Shown one piece after another: positions 49,353 through 58,707 of a DNA stretch of 64,000 nucleotides. The translations under genes were made by a program, and so were the position numbers. Origin of the DNA: Armatimonadota bacterium (GTDB taxonomy: Bacteria > Armatimonadota > SYMT01); assembly GCA_041690135.1 (NCBI GenBank), contig JAWLHY010000007.1:256001-320000 (forward strand), written 5' to 3'. Each line of letters opens with the position of its first letter. The first letter of the stretch is position 1. The notes beneath the pieces were generated by a model. It made no database searches. It was not told the origin of the DNA and worked only from the letters and a program-made list of their open reading frames with translations.

Positions 49353-49553
49353 GGTGTTCAGGTGGGCAGGTGTTCGGGTATTCAGGTGTTCGGTCCCCCC
49401 TGTGGGGGTAAACGTTGGGCATCGGGCCACCCCGCGGGTGGTAAACGTTCAGGCATTGGGCAATCAGGCTTTGGGCCGCTCCAAATACCTTGTGAAAGCC
49501 TGACTGCCGGAAAGTTTGGGAGCTGAACACCCGAACACCGAACACCTGAACAC
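49353..49553. repeat. Octamer arrays in inverted orientation, interrupted by two GTTTAC-hairpin inserts
   Basis: ggtgttca-type units at 49353-49460 and tgaacacc-type units at 49524-49553. Inserts at 49396-49413 and 49428-49446. Confidence 0.75.
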
Positions 49554-49556
49554 CCT

Positions 49557-50135
49557 TTACTGCCGGGGCGGGGCGCCATGTTCTTGCTCCAGGCGGGCGC
49601 GGAACGCAGCGGCGGCCTCTTCCCAACGCCCCTGTGCCTGGAGCACCGTTTCAACGACTTCCCGAACCGCGCCTCGCCCGCCCGGCAAAGCCGTGATCCA
49701 GTCCGCGGCTTCCTTCACCGTCGCGGAGGCATCCGCCACGGCGACCCGGACTCCGGCGGCCTCGAAGGCCGGCAGATCGTTCAGGTCGTCCCCGATGTAC
49801 AGGACCTCGTCCTGTGTGTAGCCCAGGCGGCCTGCGATCTCCTCCAGGGCGAGGCGCTTGTTCCGCGCCCACTGGCTCACTTCCCGGATCCGCAGTTCCG
49901 CCGCGCGGCGGGCCACGATGGGGGAAACCCGGCCTGTGATCCACGCCACATCCATTCCGAGATCTGGAACCATGCCCAGGGCCAGGCCGTCCCTCACATT
50001 AAAGGACTTCAGCTCTATCAGGTTGCCCGCGGCGTCGGCGCCCCAGGTGATGCTTCCGTCGGTCAGGACGCCGTCAACGTCCATGGCAAATAGCCGGGTG
50101 GATTTCAGTTTTTTTGCAAGCTGAGTGTTCGGCAT
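49557..50135 (-). CDS. kdsC: 3-deoxy-D-manno-octulosonate 8-phosphate phosphatase (HAD family)
   Basis: DVDGVLTDG, K.FNVRDG, ITGR, GDDLNDL, GGRGAVRE. Confidence 0.88.
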   Translation of the reverse strand: MPNTQLAKKLKSTRLFAMDVDGVLTDGSITWGADAAGNLIELKSFNVRDGLALGMVPDLGMDVAWITGRVSPIVARRAAELRIREVSQWARNKRLALEEIAGRLGYTQDEVLYIGDDLNDLPAFEAAGVRVAVADASATVKEAADWITALPGGRGAVREVVETVLQAQGRWEEAAAAFRARLEQEHGAPPRQ

Positions 50136-50188
50136 GGCGAGCCCAGGGTAATACCGGTGCGGTAGGACGCCGCCCTCGTAAGCGGGTC

Positions 50189-50197
50189 ATTATAGCA
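50189..50197 (-). promoter_or_regulatory. Extended -10 promoter element upstream of kdsC
   Basis: TGCTATAAT, about 55 bp upstream of the start codon. Confidence 0.55.
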
Positions 50198-50342
50198 CGC
50201 CCTCACAGGCTGGTAAGTCGTGGGAGGTGTCGGTGGCACGCGGGGGGTGTGAACAAGAACACTTGGGATTGCCCGAGGAAACGCCGATCACTCGGTTAAG
50301 ATCGGCCTCTTGGACGCGGGTAGATGGGGCGTTGGGATAACC

Positions 50343-50963
50343 ATGAAAAACGAATTCGTTATACGCTGGTCCAAGATTATTGCTCTGGCCAGCGTGCTCT
50401 ACGGCATAGGCAATCTGTATCAGCCCACGGTGGTGGTGGGCAACTCCATGGCGCCGACCCTGGACAGCGGCAAGATGATCTGGGTAGACCGGACCTATTA
50501 CAAGACCCACACGCCCCAGCGGGGCGAGGTGATCATCTTCACCCATGACGGGGAAACGCTGGTGAAGCGGGTCTACCGCGCGCCGGGCGAAACGGTCCAC
50601 TACATTACCAATGGACAGGAGATCATTGAGCCGATCCGGGAGAACCGCGTGGCGGAAGCGCGAGCTCGTTTCGCCCGCGCCAACACCCGTCTGCGGGTGG
50701 AAACCCTGAAAGTGCCAAAAGACTCCGTTTTCGTGCTGGGAGACAACTACACCTGCTCGATCGACAGCCGCCAGTTGGGTCCGATCCCCCTCTCCAGCAT
50801 CGTTGGCCGTGCGCATCTTGAGCCCGATCCCACGGTCGCCTTGCCGTATGAATACGTGCCGCGGCAGGTGCGCCCCGTCCAGCATGTCCACCACGAGGCG
50901 CCGCGCCCGAGTGCGGGATTCGGAACCTCCCAGGCGTCGGAGGCGAGCCCCAAGGGCGCTTGA
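50343..50963 (+). CDS. lepB: Signal peptidase I (S26)
   Basis: GNSMAPTL (catalytic Ser), RGEVIIF, VKRV (catalytic Lys), GDN...SIDSR..G. Confidence 0.85.
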   Translation: MKNEFVIRWSKIIALASVLYGIGNLYQPTVVVGNSMAPTLDSGKMIWVDRTYYKTHTPQRGEVIIFTHDGETLVKRVYRAPGETVHYITNGQEIIEPIRENRVAEARARFARANTRLRVETLKVPKDSVFVLGDNYTCSIDSRQLGPIPLSSIVGRAHLEPDPTVALPYEYVPRQVRPVQHVHHEAPRPSAGFGTSQASEASPKGA

Positions 50964-51038
50964 TAAGTAGCAGATTCAGCGGCTTGGAACTGCAGGCGCA
51001 CTTGTCTAGATGCAGCCAAGAAGCGAGATGACGATTCC

Positions 51039-51108
51039 AGTCGGCGCAGGTTTACGCCCCGAGGGGGTGCCGACTTTGTGCCTTTCCAGCATGCGACTTC
51101 TAGTCGCC
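51039..51108 (+). repeat. REP-like element with 19-nt micro-insert
   Basis: agtcggc gcag [gtttacgccccgagggggt] gccgact ttgtgcct...gcgacttctagtcgcc. Confidence 0.78.
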
Positions 51109-51200
51109 TACTAACAAGTGCGGCGGCAACGCCCCAGGATGCAAGTCTTGCGGCCGGGGAAGCGGGCTCTCTTACCCGCTTCCCCGGTGGTTCGCGAGGG

Positions 51201-51440
51201 TCACTGGCTTTCGGGTAGACTCTCCAACTCCAGTTCGGCCTCCAGGCGGCGTAGTTCCGCCTTGATGCTGGCGTGAGCGCGCCGGAGAGCGGGCGGCACG
51301 GGTCGCCCGTAGGTTTCGCATTCGAGCTCGTGGAGATACAGCTCGTTCGAGGCGTTGATCAGGTGCTGCCGCAGTTCGGCGGCGCCGGGCTCCCGGCGCG
51401 GCGGCTCGTTCAACTCCACGCCCTGCCGCTGGCGTGTCAT
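51201..51440 (-). CDS. Small helical hypothetical protein (79 aa)
   Basis: RBS GGAGG before ATG at 51440. Coiled-coil-like composition and host-like codon usage. Confidence 0.55.
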   Translation of the reverse strand: MTRQRQGVELNEPPRREPGAAELRQHLINASNELYLHELECETYGRPVPPALRRAHASIKAELRRLEAELELESLPESQ

Positions 51441-51599
51441 TATCCATCCTCCTAAGCGAAACCGGGGAAGGGGCAACCCTACCTGCTTTCGTGCCCATTC
51501 CGCCCGAGAGGGACCGCTTCCTGCTCCGTTTGGCCCAGGCAGGTGTCGTGGTATGACCGGTGGGAGCATCGCCCACTGTCCTGGCGGTTGCCCCAGGAG

Positions 51600-52559
51600 G
51601 TGGCTTTGACCCAGTCCGCCCTAGCGTCTCAACCGGCGCGGCCCTCCAGCCAGGATGATGATCGATACGGATGGAGGCGGGAAGGGAAGGATCTTTTGCG
51701 CGCAGTGGCGGCAGGCGCCATCGTCGGCATCCCACTCCTTTACACGATGGAGATGTGGTGGCACGGCATGATCCTGCCGGAAAGCCATCTGCTGCTCGTC
51801 CTGGGCGCCATCCTGTTCTTCAACTTCCTGTTCAGCCTGTTCTCCGGGTTCCGGGAAGAATGCACTCCGGCTTCCGCCGCGATGGAAGCTGTGACCGCCG
51901 TGGGAATCGGGATCGTCTTCTCCGCCGTTATCCTGTGGCTGGTGGGGGAGTTTCGCGTCGGCCAGTCCACGGGCGAGATCCTCGGCCGGATCGTGTTCGA
52001 AGCCGCTCCGGTCAGCATCGGCGTCTCCTTCGCTAATGCGCAGATGCAGGGCAAGTCGCGAACAGGAGAAGAGACGGGGAGAGAGGGCCAGGTCGGAGGT
52101 GCGGGAAAGGAGGTAGACGGGACGGGGGATCCACCGCCGAGCCTGGCGGACCGGGAGCGGATGCAGCTACGCGCTGACCTCAAGGATGCGGGCGCCACCG
52201 CCGCCGGTGCCGCCGTGTTCGCGCTGAACATTGCGCCTACGGAAGAGGTGATCATGATCGCCACGCGTCTGCCTTACTGGCAGGTGGCAGTGATGCTCCT
52301 GGCATCCCTGGTGCTGGGCTACGTCATCCTGTTCGCTTCCGGGTTCGAAGAACTTCAGGTCTACGTTCCCAGCGTCTTCCAGCACCCGGTCGCGGAAACC
52401 ATTGTGGTTGGCGCCATCTCGTTGGTCGTGGCGGCCTGTCTCCTCTTCCTGCTGGGCCAGCGCGAGTTGTTGGGCCACCCCTCGACTTTCCTGGCCGCGG
52501 TGGTGACCCTGGGGCTGCCAGCCACGGTCGGAGGCGCGGCGGGGAGACTGATCCTATGA
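51600..52559 (+). CDS. TIGR02587-family membrane protein
   Basis: G.PLLYTMEMWW.G, FALNIAPTEEV, LPA.VGGAAGRL. Start approximate. Confidence 0.85.
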   Translation: MALTQSALASQPARPSSQDDDRYGWRREGKDLLRAVAAGAIVGIPLLYTMEMWWHGMILPESHLLLVLGAILFFNFLFSLFSGFREECTPASAAMEAVTAVGIGIVFSAVILWLVGEFRVGQSTGEILGRIVFEAAPVSIGVSFANAQMQGKSRTGEETGREGQVGGAGKEVDGTGDPPPSLADRERMQLRADLKDAGATAAGAAVFALNIAPTEEVIMIATRLPYWQVAVMLLASLVLGYVILFASGFEELQVYVPSVFQHPVAETIVVGAISLVVAACLLFLLGQRELLGHPSTFLAAVVTLGLPATVGGAAGRLIL

Positions 52560-53008
52560 GCCAGGCCGGAGTGCGGGAGCGGCCGCAAGAAAAGGCAGCA
52601 CCAGAAGCGCGGGGCGAGCGGCGCTCGGGAGGGCGCCTGTTGGCGGAGTGGGTCTCCCTGGGAGTCAGCGTGCTGCTGATTGCCGGGATCGCCGGTTACC
52701 TGCTCTATCAGGCACTGCTCCAGCAACACCGCATCGTCCCGGTGCTGGCGACTGCCCGGGTCGGAAGCTCCGGCCGGTCCGGCGAGCGCTACGTGCTGCC
52801 TGTGGAGCTTCGGAACCCCAGTTCCCGTACCCTCAAGGACCTGAAGGTGGAGGTTTCCTACACCCCGCCCCAGGGCGAGCGGGAGACCCGCGATCTGGAA
52901 GTCGCCTACCTGGGCGAGAAGTCCACCCAGACCCTCTACGTCTACCTGGACCACGACCCCCGCCAGGTCAACGTGGAAGTCACGCCCCAAAGCTATCGAC
53001 TGGAATGA
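52556..53008 (+). CDS. TIGR02588-family protein
   Basis: AEWVSLGVS..LI N-terminal TM plus Ig-like domain. ATGA-coupled to the TIGR02587 gene. Confidence 0.75.
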   Translation: MSQAGVRERPQEKAAPEARGERRSGGRLLAEWVSLGVSVLLIAGIAGYLLYQALLQQHRIVPVLATARVGSSGRSGERYVLPVELRNPSSRTLKDLKVEVSYTPPQGERETRDLEVAYLGEKSTQTLYVYLDHDPRQVNVEVTPQSYRLE

Positions 53009-53176
53009 CGGTCTAATGTTCTGGGAATTCGGCACTTCACTTGGCAGCGCGAACCCAGGGTAATTGGACTTCGGCATAGCATCATTGGCCCCAATGCCAC
53101 TATGCCCTTTCGTTTGCCTGCCCACCTGGCAGGAATCCGTTATTTAGTCCGGCAAAGTAGCGGCGGAGGAATCGTC

Positions 53177-54391
53177 ATGCACCGTCGCCGCAGCACACTC
53201 ATCGCCGCCGTTCCGGTGGCTGCCATGCTATTCGCATCCACGGGCGCACGTCGCCCACGTCTCCTGCCCATCAAGCAGCTCACCGCCGAAGCTGGTCTGA
53301 CCGGCGGCGGCACCGGCCCGACCGTCAGCTTGGGTCTCGCGCCAGGTGGGGTGACCAGTGCCCACGTCCAGGATGGGGCGCTCACGGTGAATGACTTTGC
53401 CCTTTCGGCGCGGGAAGCGCTCAAGGGTGAGGTGGGAGCGCAAGGACCCCAAGGTGCGCCGGGCGTGCAGGGAGAGCCCGGTCCGGCCGGGCAAGGCCCG
53501 GCCGGCGCGATGGGGTTGAAGGGCGATGCCGGCGCGGAAGGTCCCGTAGGTCCGCAGGGGCCGCGAGGATTCCCGGGGGAGACCGGACCGCAGGGTCCCC
53601 AGGGTCTGCAAGGCCTGATGGGGCTTCAGGGACCGATGGGGCCGATGGGTCTGCAAGGATTGAAGGGTGACACCGGGGCGACGGGTGCGAAGGGAGGTAC
53701 CGGAGCGCAAGGACCGAAAGGGGACACCGGCGACACCGGACCGCAGGGGCCGGCGGGAGAGAGCGCCATCACAGACGGACCGGGCTCAGGGGGTACGACC
53801 ACGGAGTTCGCGCGTAGGGGGACACCAGCGCCAGGTGGGGGATTGTTCTACGGCGGCGGAATCGGAGGTGACCTCCTGCCTCGTTCAGTTGGAAACCGCC
53901 GAGGTGAATTGCTGTTCGCGACAGGGGTAGATGTAAACAGCGACGGAGCCTGGGTGAATGGTGTCGACACAGTCGGCTTGTTCCTGGCAGGACCAAACGG
54001 GATGGTCCGAATCGCCCATACGGGCATGGAAATGCCTGGGGGTGGGGTATTTGAGGTGTTTCCTGGTCTCGAAGAGGGGCAAGGCCTTAACGCTGTCCGT
54101 CAGGGAGTTTCCCTATTGCTGACCGATACCGGCGGTGTATACTTCGTGGTTTACACAACCGATGGAGTAGCCTCGGAGCGCTGTCTCTTCGGCTGGAAGG
54201 ACGGGCAGCTGTTCCCAATTAAGGGCCGTAGCGCAACCACCGTGGATGGACTACCCATTGGGGACGTGGCCGACGTACAGATACTATCACCGAACCGGGT
54301 TGGATATCGTGCCAGGGTGGCATCGAGTGCTCTTGGGCAAGGGTTCACTTCGTACATCGGTTCATTCGTCTATGAAACGCCTGCACCTTGA
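53177..54391 (+). CDS. Exported collagen-like (Gly-X-Y) protein with globular C-terminal domain
   Basis: Long G-X-Y run at about 53425-53760. Signal peptide. RBS GGAGG. Confidence 0.85.
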   Translation: MHRRRSTLIAAVPVAAMLFASTGARRPRLLPIKQLTAEAGLTGGGTGPTVSLGLAPGGVTSAHVQDGALTVNDFALSAREALKGEVGAQGPQGAPGVQGEPGPAGQGPAGAMGLKGDAGAEGPVGPQGPRGFPGETGPQGPQGLQGLMGLQGPMGPMGLQGLKGDTGATGAKGGTGAQGPKGDTGDTGPQGPAGESAITDGPGSGGTTTEFARRGTPAPGGGLFYGGGIGGDLLPRSVGNRRGELLFATGVDVNSDGAWVNGVDTVGLFLAGPNGMVRIAHTGMEMPGGGVFEVFPGLEEGQGLNAVRQGVSLLLTDTGGVYFVVYTTDGVASERCLFGWKDGQLFPIKGRSATTVDGLPIGDVADVQILSPNRVGYRARVASSALGQGFTSYIGSFVYETPAP

Positions 54392-54570
54392 TCCGGCTGG
54401 CTCAAGAGAGCGACCCTCGTATTGCTTGAACAGTGATGGACTTGATTTGAGTTGGTTTCGGGGCCTATCAGGCCGCGATGCATCGCAGGCGTGATGGTCT
54501 CGCCTGCCTGTCCCGCTACATCTAGAGTCCTCCCCGTTTGGTGGGGAAGGGCTCTGGATATAACGGGCTG

Positions 54571-54789
54571 ATGTGGACAGGAAATGAACTCGACAACCTG
54601 CTGATGCGGGCCGCCGTGGCCCTGGACCTGGGCCGCTGGGAAGCCGGGCTGACCGATTGTTCGGTCTTGCTGCTCGCCCTGATCCTGGCGGAAGACCCCA
54701 CCTCGGACACCGGAGGGTGGGCGTGCGAGCCGTGTGTGTGCTCCCTGGAAACCCCGAGCTACGTGGCCCTGGGCATGCTGCGGGATTGA
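54571..54789 (+). CDS. Possible small protein with CxxCxC motif
   Basis: 72-aa ORF with GC-rich third codon positions. Weak RBS. Confidence 0.35.
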   Translation: MWTGNELDNLLMRAAVALDLGRWEAGLTDCSVLLLALILAEDPTSDTGGWACEPCVCSLETPSYVALGMLRD

Positions 54790-54914
54790 GAGTCGCCGGA
54801 TCCACCGCTCCCCTGTGAGGCAAATCACCGCTACGGGGGGCCCCTGCTCGTCTAAAGGGATGAGCCTGAACGATGGAGAGCTACCTCCATCGGTTGAGAG
54901 AAAGGGGCGGTGCG

Positions 54915-55115
54915 ATGCGGAACCTGTTCATCCTGGTGGCGACCCTGGCGGGAGCGTGGTTCATGGGCCAGTGGGCGCTGGCGTTGGGGGGAACCCTGGC
55001 GGTCGGTTCCGCGGAGATCTCCCCCCTGGGTGGGTTGCTGATGGCGCCCGCCGTATTGACGGGTGCCCTGGCCGGCGCTCTGCTGGGCGGGCTGCTTTAC
55101 CCCCGAGCGCGCTGA
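54915..55115 (+). CDS. Small two-TM membrane protein (66 aa)
   Basis: Strongly hydrophobic, Gly-zipper-like end. AAAGGGG upstream. Confidence 0.65.
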   Translation: MRNLFILVATLAGAWFMGQWALALGGTLAVGSAEISPLGGLLMAPAVLTGALAGALLGGLLYPRAR

Positions 55116-55152
55116 CGCTTATCTAACGCCCGCCAGTTCTGTAAAAGTGTCC

Positions 55153-55197
55153 AAACGCAAACGAGCGCCGCCTCTCCATCGGAGTAGCGGCGCTCGC
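55153..55197 (-). terminator. Hairpin terminator between convergent small genes
   Basis: cgagcgccgc...gcggcgctcg stem, preceded on the plus strand by aaacgcaaa. Confidence 0.55.
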
Positions 55198-55230
55198 GCT
55201 TACTGTATGCACACTCGGGTGTGGAGCGGA

Positions 55231-55314
55231 TCAGGCGCCCCGCGCGAGGAAATATCCCACAATTGTCATCACCCCTGCGCCGAGCAGGGCCACCAGAACC
55301 GACGCGACTTCCAT
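55231..55314 (-). CDS. 27-aa single-TM peptide
   Basis: MEVASVLVALLGAGVMTIVGYFLARGA*. GGGAG RBS, TATACT -10 at 55335-55340, downstream hairpin. Confidence 0.55.
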   Translation of the reverse strand: MEVASVLVALLGAGVMTIVGYFLARGA

Positions 55315-55440
55315 ATTGACTACTCCCAGAAGCCAGTATAACCACTTCGCAACACAAATACGCAAGATTTCTGCGGCCGGCGCGCAAAGTTTCAGGTTTA
55401 TTTTCGGCAAGAGGATGTCAAACGCGAGGGTCGCAGCTCC

Positions 55441-57027
55441 TCAATTTCTCGCGCTCGTCCAGAGGGCCGCAGCCGCCACCGCGTAGAAGCTGAGGGCCAC
55501 GAGAAGTACGGATAGGGCCGCCACGTGGGGGCCGGGGGCGAAGTGGAGGTAGTCGTAGATGCGGAAGGCGACCGTATCGAATTCGGGGTGACGCACCAGT
55601 GTGGTGGCGTCGATCTCCCGCGCGGCCAGCACGGCCACCAGGAGGGCGCCGGTCACCGCCCAGGGTCGAACCACCGGCCACACGGCATGCCGGAAGCGCG
55701 ACCAGACGCCGGCGCCGAGAATGCGGCCTTCGTCCAGCAGCGCCGGGTCCACCTGCCGCCAGCCGAGCTGGACTGTGCGGTGTGCGAAGGGGAAAAAGAG
55801 CACCCCGTAGGTCCACACGACCCCGACCGGCGATTCATACAGGTCGCCGGCGAGCCCCGGCCGGTTGAGGAGCTGGACCATGGCGATGCCGATGAGCGAG
55901 GCGGGGATGGCGTAGGGCAGGGTGACCGCCAGGTCGAGAAGACCTCCGGATTTCCGGCGCCGGCCGAAGAGCAGCGCCGCGCCGGTCGTCACGAGCGCTG
56001 CCGCCCCGCTGGAAAGGAGGGTGTTGCCGAAGTGGTCTCGGCTCTCCGCCCACACGGCCGCATAGGTCTCCACCGGCAAGGAATGGGCGGCGAGCGTACC
56101 CAGGGGTAGGAAGACACTGAAAAGGAGGACGATCAACGCTCCCACCAGGGACCACCCGGCCGCGACCCGCGAGCGGAGCAGTGCAGGCTGGCCGCCGCGA
56201 TCTTCCCCGAGGGGGGTGTTTTCGAACCAGGCCCGCTGCAGCCACACCAGCGGAATCACCACCAGTAACAGGGGCAGTGCAAACCGTGCCACGGCGCCCG
56301 GGTCCCGGTCGAGTTGGTAGCGGTTGACGATCTCCACCGGATAAGTGGGAACGGCCAGCGTGTTCGCCACGCCGAAGTCCGCCAGGGCGAGCAAGAACAC
56401 GAGCAACAGGGCCGCCGGCAGCGTGCTGCGGAGAGCCGGCCCGGCCGCCCAGCGTGCCGCCGCGGCGTCCGGCAGGTGCAGGCGGGCGCTTTCCTCCAGC
56501 TCTCGCGGTACGGAACGTGCGGCCAGCAGCACCAGGCCCCCGACCACGGGCCAGTAGGTGAACGCCAGGATCAGCGCCGTCATGTACGGGCAGCCCTCGG
56601 CGCTGAAGGAACGTTCGATCCAGCCCCAGGCGATCAGCGTGCGGTTGATTGGCCCCTCCCGCAGCAGGAGTAGGATCCAGGCGTGCGCGGTCGCGTAGGG
56701 TGGAAAGAGAAGAGGCACGACACCCAGGAACAGGAGCACTCGTCGACCCGGAACGGGGTAGCGAAGCACGCACCAGCCGTACGCCAGCCCCATCAGCCCG
56801 GCCAGCCCCACGGCCATGCCCGCGATCCAGAGACTCCGCGCCAGGAGGTTCCAGGAGATAGGGTCGAGCGCCGCCGGACCGGACTCGACGATCGCGGCGC
56901 CGCATGCCCACGCCAACCAGAAGAGCGGGGGCAGCACCAGGCCCGCGGCCACCCAGCGATGGGTAGGAAGCGGACCGGGTGGGCGCGCCCCAGGCAAACG
57001 CACGGACTGGCGGGTCTTATTCGTCAC
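55441..57027 (-). CDS. Fe3+/thiamine-type ABC transporter permease (two permease domains)
   Basis: PLLFPPY, ELEESARL, ADFG, PYAIP...IG, second EAA-like loop LLDEGRILGA. Confidence 0.85.
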   Translation of the reverse strand: MTNKTRQSVRLPGARPPGPLPTHRWVAAGLVLPPLFWLAWACGAAIVESGPAALDPISWNLLARSLWIAGMAVGLAGLMGLAYGWCVLRYPVPGRRVLLFLGVVPLLFPPYATAHAWILLLLREGPINRTLIAWGWIERSFSAEGCPYMTALILAFTYWPVVGGLVLLAARSVPRELEESARLHLPDAAAARWAAGPALRSTLPAALLLVFLLALADFGVANTLAVPTYPVEIVNRYQLDRDPGAVARFALPLLLVVIPLVWLQRAWFENTPLGEDRGGQPALLRSRVAAGWSLVGALIVLLFSVFLPLGTLAAHSLPVETYAAVWAESRDHFGNTLLSSGAAALVTTGAALLFGRRRKSGGLLDLAVTLPYAIPASLIGIAMVQLLNRPGLAGDLYESPVGVVWTYGVLFFPFAHRTVQLGWRQVDPALLDEGRILGAGVWSRFRHAVWPVVRPWAVTGALLVAVLAAREIDATTLVRHPEFDTVAFRIYDYLHFAPGPHVAALSVLLVALSFYAVAAAALWTSARN

Positions 57028-58657
57028 CCTGGGCCACGCGCGTCAGCGCCCGCTCCAGCAGCGGCAGAATCAGCTCCGGGTCCGCCACGCGGCCGTCCGC
57101 CCAGGCGAGGACCGCCGCCCGGAGCCCGGTAAACGCCTCGGGCGCGACGGTATCCGTTCCGGTGGGTACATAGCGGGCTCGGAAACGCCTGCGGTCCGCG
57201 GCGTCGGCCAGCCCCAACTCCAGTCGCCCGTAGACGGCGGCTCCCAACGCCAGTGCCTCCAGCAATTCCGCCGTGCTTCCCGCATCCAGGAGCGCGGCTT
57301 GCGTGTGAGCCAGCCCGAGACCGCGCGCCAGGGCGGTCCACGCGCCGACGTCGTGGATGAGCGCCTCGGCCGTGGTGAGGTCGACGGTCTCCGGGAGTTT
57401 TCCGCCCGGCAGCAGGCGCAGGCGGGGCTCGCCCTCCGCCGTCAGGGTGAGGCGGGGCTTTGCGAGAGAGGCCACCACGCTGCGCTGCTCGTCGTCGAGC
57501 ACCTTCTCCAGCGGCCGCACGCGCAGGGCGACCTGGCGCAGGCGTTCGACCTGTCGCGCGCCGGTCAGGTGGATCTTGTGGAGGGAGCGCGAAAGCAAGA
57601 CCTGGCTTTCGTGTTCCCGGGTCCCGCCGCTCTCGGCTCGCAAACCCAGTTGCAGATAGGCTTCCACGCTGCGGGCGACCCGCGTCAGGTCGTCCAGGAG
57701 GAAAGATCCCCCCTCGGCTACCGCCTGTCGGAGGAAGAGGTACTGCAGCTCGTCCGCCACCCTCTGTTGCTGCAGCGTGGGCAGCGCGGCGGCGAGACGC
57801 ACCAGGGGCGAGCGGTCCGTCGGAACGAGCGCCAGCGCCATCTGCGGTTCCTCGGGCGCGGGTTCTTCTTCCTCGCCTGGGGACGGTGCCGCCGCTTCAA
57901 CTTCCGGGGCGGGAGCGAGCGCGTCCACGAGGATCGGGTCCTCCGTGAGCGTCTCCCATTCCAGGGGATGGTTCTCCTGATAGTCGATCGCGCGCAGCCC
58001 CTCGCGGATCAGGTCGACGTAGCGATCCTGATCGAAGTCCAACAGGTTCTGAAGGACGCGGGCCAGCGTGGGCTCCTTGATTGGGAATTCGGTGAGCAGG
58101 TTCTCGGGACCGATCAGGTCGACCAGCGTCTGGGCTGGGTCGACGAACAGGTCCGGCGCGATACGGGCGTCTTCCAGCGGATAGTCGCCCAGGGCGCGGA
58201 GGTGATCCTCGAATTCGGAGCGGGTGAGAAAGATGTCCACCAGCTCCCGTGTGGAGAGCAGCAGCGGCAGGATGTTAGCCCGCGCGTCCGTGAAGGAGAG
58301 CGCGGTGATCAGCCAGTAGTACTTCCGCTCCGGGCTGCAGAGGCTGAGCAGCGCGCGGAACTGGTCGAGGCTCACGTCCCCGAGCAGGTAGCGGTTCTCG
58401 TCCTCCACATTCTGGACGAGCGCGCCGATCAGCGGGGCGGGAAGAATTTCCAGCACCTGCCGGCGCTGAGGGTCTTCCATGGCCCAGAGAAGGGCGGTCT
58501 TCTGCTCCAGGGTGCCGCTCAACGCGACCGCCCGCGCGGCCGTAAGAGCGTCCACCTCCGCCAGTAAGTCTTCGAGCTCCGCTTCGTCCTCGGTGGTGAC
58601 GAGGGTGCGCAGGAGTTCCGGATCGCCGGTGCGTGCGAGAGATTCTGTCATGGGCAT
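57017..58657 (-). CDS. Conserved acidic alpha-helical hypothetical protein (possibly DUF6178-like)
   Basis: 546-aa ORF with host codon usage, overlapping the permease start. Family call is tentative. Confidence 0.6.
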   Translation of the reverse strand: MPMTESLARTGDPELLRTLVTTEDEAELEDLLAEVDALTAARAVALSGTLEQKTALLWAMEDPQRRQVLEILPAPLIGALVQNVEDENRYLLGDVSLDQFRALLSLCSPERKYYWLITALSFTDARANILPLLLSTRELVDIFLTRSEFEDHLRALGDYPLEDARIAPDLFVDPAQTLVDLIGPENLLTEFPIKEPTLARVLQNLLDFDQDRYVDLIREGLRAIDYQENHPLEWETLTEDPILVDALAPAPEVEAAAPSPGEEEEPAPEEPQMALALVPTDRSPLVRLAAALPTLQQQRVADELQYLFLRQAVAEGGSFLLDDLTRVARSVEAYLQLGLRAESGGTREHESQVLLSRSLHKIHLTGARQVERLRQVALRVRPLEKVLDDEQRSVVASLAKPRLTLTAEGEPRLRLLPGGKLPETVDLTTAEALIHDVGAWTALARGLGLAHTQAALLDAGSTAELLEALALGAAVYGRLELGLADAADRRRFRARYVPTGTDTVAPEAFTGLRAAVLAWADGRVADPELILPLLERALTRVAQGDE

Positions 58658-58707
58658 CAGGGTGCATTCTAACCCTGCGCTCGCGGGATTTCCAGACCGG
58701 CGTGCCG

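Noticed and set aside
53177-54391. Prophage tail fibre
   Set aside because: It has a signal peptide and there are no phage genes nearby.
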